From the NCBI GenBank assembly GCA_965178125.1, contig OZ237769.1, positions 1-64,000 of the forward strand: 64,000 bases of DNA, in the 5' to 3' direction. Positions within the stretch are counted from its first letter, which is position 1. The number at the start of each line of letters is the position of its first letter. The position numbers and the translations under genes are program-made. The notes beneath the pieces are model-generated. The model worked only from the letters and a program-made list of their open reading frames with translations, was not told the DNA's origin and ran no database searches. Below, one piece after another: positions 24,401 through 36,988 of this stretch. This stretch comes from Bilabrum cf. latius. Its lineage: Eukaryota.

Positions 24401-26623
24401 TGGATGGCGACGGGATGGTGGACATTGCCGTGGGGGCATTCAGAAGCTATGATGGGGGTCAAAGTCGAGGCGCTGTTTGGATACTGTTCATGCATTCGAA
24501 CAGCACGGTGAAGTCGCAGCAGAAGATTTCGGACACGCAGGGCGGCTTCACAGGGAAGCTCGACACTTGGGACCAATTCGGCGCTTCGGTGACATCACTG
24601 GGAGACATCAACGGCGACGGGGCGCTGGACATTGCCGTGGGGGCGCATTCGGACGATGATGGAGGCACTGACCGGGGTGCTGTTTGGGTGCTGTTCCTGC
24701 GAAACCTCCAACCAGAGACTTCACCTACTCCCTCCCCTGGCCCATCAAGCACTAGCACTAGCACAGCCACGGTCAGCCCCACGAGCAGCAGCACCAGTTC
24801 GGCCACGGTGTCACCGGTAAGCCATGAAGATAATGTGACAAGATGCCCGAGTCATGCAAATACGTGCCACCGGAAGCCGTTGCGATCCCACCACTGACCA
24901 CGTGCACTGTACCACCATGCCTCTTGCCCCGCAGACCCCGTCGACCACCAGCACGGCCACGGTTAGCCCCACGAGCAGCAGCACCAGTTCACCCTCTGCG
25001 TCGCCGTCCTCAATATATCGGTCGTGCCGGGATTCGCCATGCAGACAGGGGCTGTGCTACGACGTTTCTGGCTTGGATGCTCCCTTCATCTGTCTTTGCA
25101 GCCCAGGATGGACCAAGAACGATGACGGTCTCTGCACAATACGACGATAGGAGGTGCCTTGCGAAGACACGGATTGCGGTAACGGCCAGTGCATCGAGGA
25201 TGGGCGGGCGAGGGAAGGGTACTACTGCAGATGCGATGACGGATGGACGCAGCATGGCACTCTATCCAGCAGCTGCACAGTACCCCAGGATCCGTGCGAC
25301 CCATCGCCGTGCAGGAACCAAGGACAGTGCATCCAGCCCGCATATAATGGTAGCAGTCCGACTTGCGAGTGTGCCGAGGGTTTCTCCGGGGACCGATGCC
25401 AGGTAGTGGAGGTGCACGGCGTGTGCGAGAGCGAACCATGCGGGCTTGGCATCTGCATTGAGGATTCTACTAGTCATGATGGCCACAGATGCAGCTGTGA
25501 CCCGGGATCCACGTACGACGCAGCCAGAACCTGCATTTCCGCAGCACAGCTTTTCGATGATGCCAGCCCCCTGCAGCCCGCGTGCAGCGACGGCGAGAGA
25601 AATGGCATGGAGTCGGACGTCGACTGCGGGTGGGAGGGTGAGACACAGCGGGAGCAGTGCCCGCTGTGTGCTGAGGGGTAGCGGTGCCTGTCGAGTAGGA
25701 ACTGCAAAGACGGGCTTGTGTGCCGCTAGAGGACGGGCACCTGCGGGCCTGGTGTACAGCCACCGGGTTTGTGGGTCACACTGGAGCAGGTGGGAATCCG
25801 TGGAGTGTCGGTGGGTTAGTTCATGGACGTGCTGGCAGGGCTCTTCACGGCGCTTCTAAGAGCCAAGTTCGATTGCTTAGAAGTGGTCATCGACCGGGTG
25901 CTGGCGTTTGAATTGCCGGGAGTCCGACAACTGTCGATGCCGAGGGTACACGCATTGCACAGTGCATCGACTACCGCCAGGAGCAGCGCTTTACGATCCA
26001 TGCAGGAGGCAGACAGTGTGGGTGCCGGGGGATCTAGCGCGATCACGATGGATTTTAGTATCCAGTTCCAGTTCAAAGAAGACATTCTGGAGACTGAAGT
26101 AGCATTGTTAAGGTACATTCAGAGTGAACCTGTGACTGGCGGCAACGGGCTGCTGGAGGACCTTATCACCTATGTGCCTTCAATCGGATCCCGGCTGTCG
26201 GTGGTATCTGATAGATTGGAGATATCATCGGATTTGCTAGTGGTGGACAGGACGGAGAGGGTCCGGGACGAGGTTGCACCGTCACAGCATGATACAGATG
26301 ATAGTGCATCAATGGATGGGGGGCCATCCGAAGAAGCGGGGGGCGACAGTGGATCCAGGAGCGTAGTGATCGCGGCTGTCGCGTCCTCAACAGCAGTCGT
26401 GGCGCTGTGCGGGGCAGCCGCTATAGCCTTGTACATCTACACGAAGAACCGCAAGGCTACACAAAAAGAAGCCATCGCTTCATCTGTCGTAAGGCTAGGA
26501 AAAGTGTCTCTAGGGGAGCAACGGGAGGGTAAGGGGCAGGGGGGGGTGGAGGAATAGGTGGAGGAAGGAGAGAACGGGCAGAGGACGACAGCGAGGGAGG
26601 GCAGTAGGGGAGTGATTGCGTGA
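21454..26623 (+). CDS. Type I membrane protein of about 1,680 aa: signal peptide, FG-GAP (integrin-alpha-like) repeats, IPT/TIG-like segment, Ser/Thr stalk, EGF-like domains, TM helix; intron 24817-24934
   Basis: Repeats KISDTQGGFTGQL...FGYSVTSLGDxxGDGxxDIAVGA; Cys-rich EGF modules 25020-25530; TM VVIAAVASSTAVVALCGAAAIALYIY. Continuous when 9 TAGs (21844, 22414, 23485, 23632, 25148, 25679, 25727, 25817, 26555) are read through. GTAAGC...CGCAG intron; ends at TGA. Confidence 0.85.
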
Positions 26624-27360
26624 GGCACGGAGGCACGACGAGTCTCCAACGCTGATGCTAGCCATGGTAGCGGTCCCGATTTGTTATAATACGAAGGCAT
26701 AATTAATCTCTGTCCAACCTGCCGGTTGGTATTTGCTGAGAAAGACGGCGATGGGGACGGGGTGAGCTGGCCCGCACCAGCCTCACCCAAGGGCTGCCCG
26801 CCTCGGCAGCCCCACACCACCACGTCCCGGTCGTCGTCAGGGAACGTGAGCTCCCTGCCGGCAGGTTTGATATCAATCACACATAAAACACGTCAAGCAG
26901 GGACCAGTTGGCCGGATCAGCAGGTAGCATCCTGCACCGCAGCCAGTCTGTCCTGCCGTAGACCCTCCATGAGCTCACGGGTGGGCGGGCTTTCAACAGA
27001 ACTCCAGTGCCCAGATCTTTATATCTGTGGCGCTGCATGTTTCGTCTCAGCCTCCACTCGAGCACTTGCCCCAAGGGAAGTGCCTCGGGAGCACAAACCA
27101 GGACCCGAACGACTCGGAATCAGTCGGGCCTGATCCCAAGTCTTACCGGGTCCCGATTTGTTATAATACGAAGGCATAATTAATCTCTGTCCAACCTGCC
27201 GGTTGGTATTTGCTGAGAAAGACGGCGATGGGGACGGGGTGAGCTGGCCCGCACCAGCCTCACCCAAGGGCTGCCCGCCTCGGCAGCCCCACACCACATT
27301 GATGCTACTCGGACGGGAGGGGCGCCCGTCCGTTGTCCTCTCGCCATTCTGACTCATTCC

Positions 27361-28290
27361 TTAGAGCTCCGCTACTGCCTTCTTGAACGCCACAGCCAGC
27401 TTGGGCAAGTGGTCCTTGCTCATGTAGTACACGGCATTCTCCAACGACTTCCAGTCGGCGTGCTTGTACATAACACCCACGGCGGCAACTGTTGCCCGTT
27501 CGCCTAGAGTGCGTGCTGAAGAACTCCGTGATCTCGCTCGTGCCCGTGCAGTACGCCTCCATCATCCTCCTGATGGCTGTCGACCAGCTTGCTTACCAAC
27601 GCTTTGTTGTCTTGGCGTCCGAATTCACGAACCGATAGGTCTTGGAGTCAGCAGGGTCGTCGCCACAGCCGGCTAGTCTACTGCAATGTCCCCCAGATCG
27701 TGGTTCGCTGATGCACCTCGTCCAGTCGCTTCGGTGCGGTCTGGCCCATTGGGATGAGCACTGCCTACGGCGTGTCCCTTACAGCTGTTGTCTTCCAGAG
27801 AGAGAACATGGCCATATATGTGCACTTGCCCTTGTACATCATACTCGCGTCATCCATGGTCCGGGACCGCAGCTCGTTGCCGCGACACGTGCCGCCGATG
27901 CCCACTAGTGGAGCCTCGAGGGCAAGGATCTCTTCGGGTTTGCCCGCCTTGGGCACGCTGTCCGTGTTTATTGAGGTGCTCCATCTAGATGATGGGAGCA
28001 CGCTTCTTCCGGTTGCCCACGTCGTGCAGCCTCTTGTCCCTGCCTACCATCACCGTGTTGGTCGTTCCGGATGTGTCGGGGGATGGAGATGCAGCCCGTC
28101 ACGTCGATATATCTCGACACGTGGAGAAGATTGACCTGAGCGTGGAGCCCTGGAGATTGCCGCGCTCCATGCGCAGCACCATATGGGCAGGGATCCGGTC
28201 AAGATTCTTGATCGCCTCCGCAATCGTGGTGCCGTTGGGGCCGAAGTCTATCAACAGTCTACCTACTGGACGACGCGAAGCCACTCGCGC
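27361..28290 (-). pseudogene. Tyrosine recombinase of the Ngaro element, frameshifted
   Basis: Motifs in order: KKRAPII, GIGGTCRGNEL (catalytic R), WKTT (K), FSTHSRRTG (HxxR), HADWKSLENAVYY (H/W...Y). At least two frameshifts plus in-frame TGA (28099) and TAA. Confidence 0.8.
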
Positions 28291-28520
28291 CGGCTCGCCA
28301 GGCTGACATCAACCGCACTGCAGCGTATGGCAGGCGCACCCAAGCGCCATCGAGACCAAGCAAGCCCAACTCTGTGGCAGCCGACGCGAAGCAGCCCACC
28401 CCGGCTCGCCTGGCTGACTTTGACAGCAAGGCGGCCACTGGCAGGCGCGCACATGCGCCATCAAGCCCCAGCAAGAGCAAGTATACCCATAATGCACGCT
28501 GATCCCTCCAGCCTCATAGT

Positions 28521-31330
28521 CTGCACCACGATGTGCTCGGCTCTCACCAGCCGCCGGGCCTGCACCACGATGTGCTCGGCTCTCACCAGCCTCAGAGTCT
28601 GCACCACGATGTACTCTGCTCACAGCAGCCGCAGAGTCTGCACCACGATGTGCTCTGTTCACAGCAGCCGCAGAGTCTGCACCACGATGTGCGCGTCTCT
28701 CAACAGCCGCAGAGTCCGCACCACGATGCGCTCTGCTCACACAAGCACAGAGTCTGCACCACGATGTGCTCTGCTCACCTTAGCCGCAGAGTATCCTCGT
28801 CGTCATCCCCATCAGATACCTCTGCCTGTTTCCCACCGGCGAGCCCTCGTTGAATAGAGCCTACGGGGTCAACCCTAGTCGCCTCGGCAGAGCTGCCCTA
28901 TAAGAGGGCAAGACGCACATCCGGAGCGGGAGGAGAGGCAGCTGGCATCTACAGCGAGGCGCGCTGCTCACAGCAGCCGCCGAGCCTGCACCACGATGTG
29001 CTCTGCTCACTCTAGCCGCAGAGTATCCTCGTCGTCATGCCCATCAGATACCTCTGCCTGTTTCCCACCGGCGAGCCCTCGTTGAATAGAGCCTACGGGG
29101 TCAACCCTAGTCGCCTCGGCAGAGCTGCCCTATAAGAGGGCAAGACGCACATCCGGAGCGGGAGGAGAGGCAGCTGGCATCTACAGCGAGGCGCGCTGCT
29201 CACAGCAGCCGCAGAGTCTGCACCCCGATGTGCGCTTCTCTCACTAGCCGCCGGGCCTGCACCACGATGTGCTCGGCTCTAACTAGCCGCAGAGTCTGCA
29301 CCACGATGTGCTCTGCTCTCACCAGCCGCCGGGCCTGCACCACGATGTGCTCTGCTCACATCAGCCGCCGGGCCTGCACCACGATGTGCTCTGCTCACAG
29401 CAGCCGCAGAGTCTGCACCACGATGTGCTCTGTTCACAGCAGCCGCAGAGTCTGCACCACGATGTGCGCGTCTCTCAACAGCCGCAGAGTCCGCACCACG
29501 ATGCGCTCTGCTCACACAAGCACAGAGTTGGCACCACGATGTGCTCTGCTCACCTTAGCCGCAGAGTATCCTCGTCGTCATCCCCATCAGATACCTCTGC
29601 CTGTTTCCCACCAGCGAGCCCTCGTTGAATAGAGCCTACGGCGTCAACCCTAGTCGCCTCGGCAGAGCTGCCCTATAAGAGGGCAAGACGCACATCCGGA
29701 GCGGGAGGAGAGGCAGCTGGCATCTACAGCGAGGCGCGCTGCTCACAGCAGCCGCCGAGCCTGCACCACGATGTGCTCTGCTCACTCTAGCCGCAGAGTA
29801 TCCTCGTCGTCATTCCCATCAGATACCTCTGCCTGTTTCCCACCAGCGAGCCCTCGTTGAATAGAGCCTACGGGGTCAACCCTAGTCGCCTCGGCAGAGC
29901 TGCCCTATAAGAGGGCAAGACGCACATCCGGAGCGGGAGGAGAGGCAGCTGGCATCTACAGCGAGGCGCGCTGCTCACAGCAGCCGCCGAGCCTGCACCA
30001 CGATGTGCTCGGCTCTCACTAGCCGCAGAGTCTGCACCCCGATGTGCTCGGCTCTCACCAGCCGCAGAGTATCCTCGTCGTCATGCCCATCAGATACCTC
30101 TGCCTGTTTCCCACCGGCGAGCCCTCGTTGAATAGAGCCTACGGGGTCAACCCTAGTCGCCTCGGCAGAGCTGCCCTATAAGAGGGCAAGACGCACATCC
30201 GGAGCGGGAGGAGAGGCAGCTGGCATCTACAGCGAGGCGCGCTGCTCACAGCAGCCGCCGAGCCTGCACCACGATGTGCTCTGCTCACTCTAGCCGCAGA
30301 GTATCCTCGTCGTCATCCCCATCAGATACCTCTGCCTGTTGCCCACCGGCGAGCCCTCGTCGAATAGAGCCCACGGCGTCAACCCCCGAGGCCTCGGCAG
30401 ATCTGCCCTATAAGAGGGCAGACGCACATCCGGGGCTGAAGGAGAGGCAGCCAATAGGTCTCCCGAGAGTTGATCGGTTGTACGCAAAGCAGAGCTGGGC
30501 GGGGCCCGTAAGGGCCGCACAGCCACCCCAGCGTGGGACCCGCTCGACGGTAGGAGTGTGGGTCCAAGCCCATCTTTCCCCCTACTGTCGGCTATATCCC
30601 TTCTAGGAACGGAGCTGGAAGACGATGACGAAGAAGCACTACCTGAGGCCCCGCCCCGGCCAAGTACTTGTGTCGCGGCGATACGGCTGGCCCCACCTCC
30701 GGCAGCCAGCATCGCCTTGGCACGTTCAGCAGCGGAATCTGGCGCACGGGTGTAGGTCACGCTCTCCTGCTTGATCCAGCTACAACCTCAGCGCCCGAGG
30801 GTACCACACTGCTGCCGCTGCCGGAGTAGTGGCGCCGGCGACGTCGGAGCACTCTCCCCGCCCACGTCGGCGTCCCTCCTGAACCGGGCGCTGCTGCCGC
30901 CGCTTTCGTTTTTGCGCTATGGAGGATTTCCCCGCTGCGGAAAGCTCGAGGACGGCGGCCACTACATCATTTGCGAGTATGGCCTCCTCCATCACCACGG
31001 TCTGCACGTCCTGCAGCTTGACTGCGCCTTGAGCCCGACACGTCAGGCCCGCCGAGCACCTGCACTCCGTGGGTGCCCTTCGCACCAGCTCGCCAAGCTG
31101 CCCTCCACAGCAGGACAGTCTATGGCAGGCACACACTAGCGTTATCAAGACCATGCTAGCCCAAGTCGATCTACTAGACGACGCAAAGCGACTCGCCCAG
31201 CCTCGCCCAGATGACATCTACAGCAAGGCGCGCTGCTCACAGCAGCCGCCGGGCCTGCACCACGATGTGCTCGGCTCTCACCAGCCGCAGATTCTGCTGC
31301 CCCCTCGTCGTCATCCCCATCAGATACCTC
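28521..31330. repeat. Nested tandem expansions inside the Ngaro element: 39-bp units within about 232-bp units, plus a roughly 1-kb duplication
   Basis: CTGCACCACGATGTGCTC... has period 39 (28521, 28560...); GAGTATCCTCGTCGTCAT recurs at 28789, 29021, about 29564, 29796, 30067 and 30299; 30305-30855 recurs about 998 nt downstream. Confidence 0.9.
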
Positions 31331-32350
31331 TGCATGTTTCCCACCGGCGAGCCCTCGTTGACTAGAGCCCACGGCGTCAACCCCCGAGGCCTCGGCAGAT
31401 CTGCCCTATAAGAGGGCAGACGCACATCCGGGGCTGAAGGAGAGGCAGCCAATAGGTCTCCCGAGAGTTGATCGGTTGTACGCAAAGCAGAGCTGGGCGG
31501 GGCCCGTAAGGGCCGCACAGCCACCCCAGCGTGGGACCCGCTCGACGGTAGGAGTGTGGGTCCAAGCCCATCTTTCCCCCTACTGTCGGCTATATCCCTT
31601 CTAGGAACGGAGCTGGAAGACGATGACGAAGAAGCACTACCTGAGGCCCCGCCCCGGCCAAGTACTTGTGTCGCGGCGATGCGGCTGGCCCCACCTCCGG
31701 CAGCCAGCGTCGCCTTGGCACGTTCAGCAGCGGAATCTGGCGCACGGGTGTAGGTCACGCTCTCCTGCTTGATCCAGCTACAACCTCAGCGCCCGAGGGT
31801 ACCCCACTGCTGCCGCTGCCGGAGTAGTGGCGCCGGCGACGTCGGAGCACTCTCCTTGCGCCACCTCCTGCACCGGGCGCCGCTGCCTCCGCCTTCTCCT
31901 GCGCGATTGAGAAGTTCCACGATGCGGAGAGCTCGAGGCCGGCAGCCACCAGATCCTTCACGAGCTGGGCCTCCTCCAGCACTACGGTTTGATGTCCTCC
32001 AGCTCTACGGCGTCCGTGCTCGACACGTCAGGCCCGCCGGGCGCCTACTCCGTGGGTGCCGTTCGCCTCGGCCACCCGGTGGCTGCCGCCGTATCCACTG
32101 CCCCAGTTATTGCCGCGTTCTGCAGGCTGATGAGGTGCCGCATCGCCGTCATCTGGAGGAGGTCGCACGCTAGCTGCGCACCTGTTGGCGTGCCGTCGAG
32201 CATGGTCCACCGGAACACCCGCACCATCAGTGGCGCCTCGTCGCCTTCGGCGGACCGCCCTAGCTTAGGGAAAGAGTCGACCATGGCTGCTACCGCCTGT
32301 GGCCGTGGTTTCGAGCTCATTTCTGTGAAGAGAACTAGAGTGGGAGCCAT
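31237..32350 (-). pseudogene. ORF1 (gag-position) remnant of the Ngaro element
   Basis: First ORF downstream of A1 (MAPTLVLFTEMSSK...), continuing through TAGs at 32045 and about 31983, then frameshifted. Identity rests on position only. Confidence 0.5.
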
Positions 32351-34259
32351 GCTGACGAGAAAATGATCTCGCCGGCGCTGCTGTGCCTGGTCCGCGGTCT
32401 CGCCTGACTTATACGCGCATTCCGGTTCCGCTGGTGCTTCCTTGCATCCACAAAAGGTAAGCTTGGCTGCGGCTGCGGCCCCCAGGCCGTCAGGGATGCG
32501 GCACGAGCCGGGTCAAAATTTTGCGGTTAACTTCAGATACCCCGGGAACTCGCTACCGGCCGCACTTTGTACGCCCTCCAATAGTTCGTTAATAGTTCAA
32601 ACCAACATTCGCACTAAGAGTGATACGCTAAGCAGGCGAGTACGCATGGCGTTGAGTTGCAGCGTGAGTGTTGGCATTTCGGACCCGTCGGTGGCCAACA
32701 GTCGGTAAATTCCAGAGAATTCGTGGGCACCACCTTTCAACAGAACTCCAGTGCCCAGATCTTTATATCTGTGGCGCTGCATGTTTCGTCTCAGCCTCCA
32801 CTCGAGCACTTGCCCCAAGGGAAGTGCCTCGGGAGCACAAACCAGGACCCGAACGACTCGGAATCAGTCGGGCCTGATCCCAAGTCTTACCGAGGGATCC
32901 TCGATGCCCCAGCGCGCAGACGCGGATGAAGGATGTGATCGTAAGGGGGGGGGGGGGGGGGGTGAGGGGTCGCAATAAACAAGATGTAGGGTGCGGCAGC
33001 TCGTGGAAGTGGATCTGGGCGATCAAGGGACGGAGGCTGACAGGGCTGCAGAGCCGTTGTGGGATCGTGATCCGGTGCACTCCCTTTGGGCCAGGCACGC
33101 CTAAAGGAGCAGCACGCGCAGCACCAGCTAGCCACTGTGTGGTAGCACCAGTGCGGATTCTCAATACGAGTCTGGTTTCTTTGCCCACCCACCCGTGCGC
33201 GAAGTAGGCCGGAAGGTCAGGATAGTAGACGGTTCAGTCAAGAGCGAATGCTCTTTTCCTAGCACCACTCACGGAGTGAAGGCTAGGTTTTTCTAGGGGT
33301 GTCTGAACTTGGGGTGATCCGTTTTCCCGCCGTATCACGGAGGGTTTTTCACGGGCCAGCGAGTGGGTGTGATGGGGGTTGGGTGTGAATGCACTTAAGT
33401 GCATTCCTACGATACAGACAACTGACTCTACCACCCAAGCTACACAATGGATGGACTGACCATCGCCCACTGCCTCCACCAAGCAGCAGTAAAACAACAC
33501 TTTCAGCAGAGTCTACTCACACGTGTCAGACCTACGCAGCGGCCGCAAACGGCCCGAACCAGTGTTTGGATGGCCCCCAGCATCCGCCCAACTGCACGCA
33601 ACTCCCCCAGTTGCATGCCCGTGCAACCCCTCCAGTGACACCCCTGTCCGTCCCCACCACGACGTCAACCCTACCACGCTACACCCCACACCCTGTACCC
33701 TCCTCCTCTGTCCCTCCTTGCCGTCCTCCGCCTCCACGCCTCCTCGTCACTCGTCTGTCTCTCCACGCTCACTTCTCTACTAGTATCCCCTCCGTGGCTA
33801 CGTCGCAAGGATTGGGCTTGGCTGGTCAGTGTCAATGAAAAGACTCATGCTTTCTCAACACGTTCATCCCCTGCGGATCCGCCTCCTTCGCTTCCTGGTG
33901 GGTTCCACCAGGGCAACTAGGCCTACCACACCAAGTTCTCCCCCCCCCGCCCAGGTGATCCGGGGAATCCGGCGGGGATCCCATAGGTATTGTGTCACAG
34001 ACCAGTGCACACACACACAGATCCCCATTATGAATCGATGCAACCACTAGATCTACCACCCGGCAGCCGGGCGTGCCGCCATGACTACCCACTAAGACTA
34101 TCCGAAGGAAGCAGACAGGACCCCATGTCTGTGATCCAATCCATAGCTGTGCCTGCGACTCGTGTGCCTCTTTGCCCACATGTGACGGGTGACTTGTCCA
34201 CATCCGGATCCACTTCAAAATTCGGCGTCTAATGGGAATACGGCACCGCCAGCCCAAAC

Positions 34260-36988
34260 TCATAGCCCCTTTTGGATAGCTAGCACGGCATCACCGATGC
34301 TATCCCACTCCCCCTGCACAGCACCATCACCACCCAGTGGCTCAGGCCATCCTGAACTGCAGCAACCACTCTACGTTTCTAAAGGCGTGGTACCACCTGC
34401 ATCATCCAATCCAGTTTGGTTCGCCAGCACTGCATGCTCCAAGCTAGACCTCTGCCACAAGCTGACAAGGCGGACTTTCACCTCTGTTCCCTCCACGGGG
34501 GTGATTTCCCCGAGCGGGTACTGGCAGTGCATTCCTGCATCTGCTCCTACAAAGACGACGGGCGCGGGGGCAACGGCGCGGAGTAGCTCGAGCAACTCAC
34601 GTGACTAGGCTGTCCACGAGCCGAAATCCACAAATAGGTGGACAATCTGCCCACCAACCGGATAGAGCGACGCCAGCAGGTCCTCCACCGGTAGTTTGAC
34701 GCTGCCGCCGTCCCCCGAGGCGAGCTCTCGCACTGCTCTCGCGCTCTCTCGCGCACCCATGCCACGAGTGGATCCTCCCAGGAGCACAGCTGCTCCTCCT
34801 CTTCGCACGGCGCAGCTCAGCCAGTCCGCAGCTCTCTCAGCGAGCAGATGCGAAGCTGGACTTCGTAGGTGAGTGGAACACGAAGACGAGGGCGGCTCGT
34901 TGGGCACATCGGTCGAGTTGGGTACCGCTGCATTCAGTCGCGACTGTTTGCACAGGGGCGAGGTCAGCAGCCGTTGCACCAAGTGCAGCTCGATTTCGAT
35001 GGTGGGGGGCAGCTCTGGCGAGTACCGGTCGAACGACTCGCTGTGGGGGTACTTAAGCCTGGAGGATGCACCTGTAGGAACTGAGCCTGATGGTCGTGTG
35101 CTTCGTCGGGCGATCGGTGCCTGCTGCGCCGCCCTCAGTGCATCAAGCGCATCTGCCATGCCGTCTTCGTGTGCGCCATGCAGCACCACTGTGGCATTCC
35201 TGTCGAGACCAGAAGCAGGTACTAGCCTGACTTGGTGATGGACAGGTAGATGCAGGCTGGGGGGAGCAAGGTGGCTCGGAAGCTCAAAACCGTGCTTGTG
35301 CTGGTGCCTCCTCACATACCACAGGAACCTCTGCAATGCCCGTCGGGTGGTCGCCGCAATGCCGCGAGCGATCGAGAACCCGATTTGGCTATGCTCGTGC
35401 CTCTGGGCAACCCCAGTTGGCAAGGGATCAAGCGCCCCTGCCAGCGCCAGCTCACTGGTTGACGTGCCTGCCAGGCCAGAAGAGAGGCTGAACGCAGCTG
35501 GGGTATCTAAAAGGGCATCTGGGCCAGAATTGGTAATAGGTGCAGGAGTGCTTTTCGTATATCCTCTGTCGCTCGAGCTAGTATGGCAGGTTGCAGCAGG
35601 CTATGTACGTTCGGCCCGTCGCACAGCCTGCAAACCCCCCGAGACCGCCTTGGCTACGGCCGAAGCAGGCCGAGCTGCTGCCACTGCAGCGGCTCGCGAC
35701 TTGACGAGGGTGCCGATGCCTGCAAGGATCGTCCTTGCCATCTCAGCACCGAAAGGATCTATGTCGAGGAACTCGGCGCTGAAGTCCTCCGTGACATGCG
35801 TCTCCACAACGATGGACGGTGCCTCAGAAACCGGATGGGGGAAGCTACCAGCAGCCATGGGAGAGTCCCGATCCCCTCCTTGCAGCCAGGCGTCGCGCTC
35901 TCGGTCGTCGTGCAGTATGCCGTGCTCTCACCCCTCGGATCGTCGCTGCCAGGCCATGGCCCGCGTCATCACGCCTGCCCAACCTGGTGCAGCAGCTGCC
36001 TAGCCTCCGCGGGTGCCTGCCTCGACCAAGCGTTCCTGACCCAAATGCTGCCCTGAGACAAACACCCTGATGACTGGGTGCAGGAACCTCCCCTGAGAGG
36101 GGTCGTCCTTGCTGAAGACCGCCCGTCGCAACGAAAACACGTCCTTCTGGTCGTCAGTCGGTCCCACCCGCTTCCCACCTTGGCCGTACTCGAGTGACAC
36201 GGTCGCGTACACTGCAAACCCCGAGGTACCCAGGCCGCCTGGTGGGCTGCATGCGGTTGTTGTGCTGTGGCCATTCCGACTGCCACCTCGGGCACCCAAC
36301 CTGGCGCATCCGACTGCACGGGAGCAGGCCTGCAGCTGGTGCGACCATCGCCTCGCCAGTCGGTGCACCTCCCGCTTGGGCACCTCCTCGAAGAGAAAGC
36401 CGCCCGAGGAGCGCCGCAGCACTTCCGGCATGTTATTGATGTACGAGGGTGTGTCTGGGTTTCCGTCAGGATGCCAGATCTGGTCGCGGTCGGGTTCTGC
36501 CTGCCCCTGCTTGTACTTCTGGTTCGCCTCGGGGGCATGCATCCAGCCGCCGGCCTCGGGCACCGACGGTCGGAGGTGGCCTTGCAGATGAGCCAGCAAC
36601 TGAGACGCAATTACGGGCCTGCACGCCTTAGCCAGTTTCTTGTCAGGGTGGATGCCTTTCGAGAGGAGGGACAGCGCCTGAACAGCCACTGGTGCCGGCT
36701 GCTTCCACTCGCGAGACCCCGGGCCCCATGTGCCGCTGCCTAGGTCCAGCAGGTACACGTCATGCAGCTGTCCGAACATCTGGTACAGGCCCGACCCGAC
36801 CAGCACCCTGCGTTTGATCGCATACATGATGGCATCGAAGCCCTGCAGGCGGACCCTTGGCCAGGCCTTGGGATCGTGCTCGGCTTCCTCCTGCATGGCC
36901 CGGTGCTGCGCCCGGATGAGGTACCTGAAGCCGTGCACGAACCCGCCACTCGCCACCCGCCAGTCACCCGCGTGCATCAGTGTCCCGG
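34260..36988 (-). pseudogene. C-terminal half of a FOXRED2-like FAD-dependent oxidoreductase, 5'-truncated
   Basis: GTLMHAGDWRVASGGFVHGFRYLIRA, RRVLVGSGLYQMFGQLHDV, FLHPVIR and HVTEDF match FOXRED2-family motifs. One frame with 4 TAGs and one premature TGA (about 35928); no N-terminal FAD-binding motif upstream. Confidence 0.75.

Larger units (their letters stand above)
26672..32892 (-). mobile_element. Ngaro-type tyrosine-recombinase retrotransposon, degenerate and non-autonomous
   Basis: Split direct repeats: A1 32734-32892 = A2 26990-27148 (159 bp); B1 27149-27297 = B2 26672-26820 (149 bp). Minus-strand order is A1-ORFs-B1-A2-(spacer)-B2, with a YR remnant next to B1. Confidence 0.85.

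Noticed and set aside
27590-27600. In-frame TAA in the YR ORF as evidence that TAA is a sense codon
   Set aside because: This ORF also has frameshifts and a TGA, so the TAA is most simply a decay mutation.
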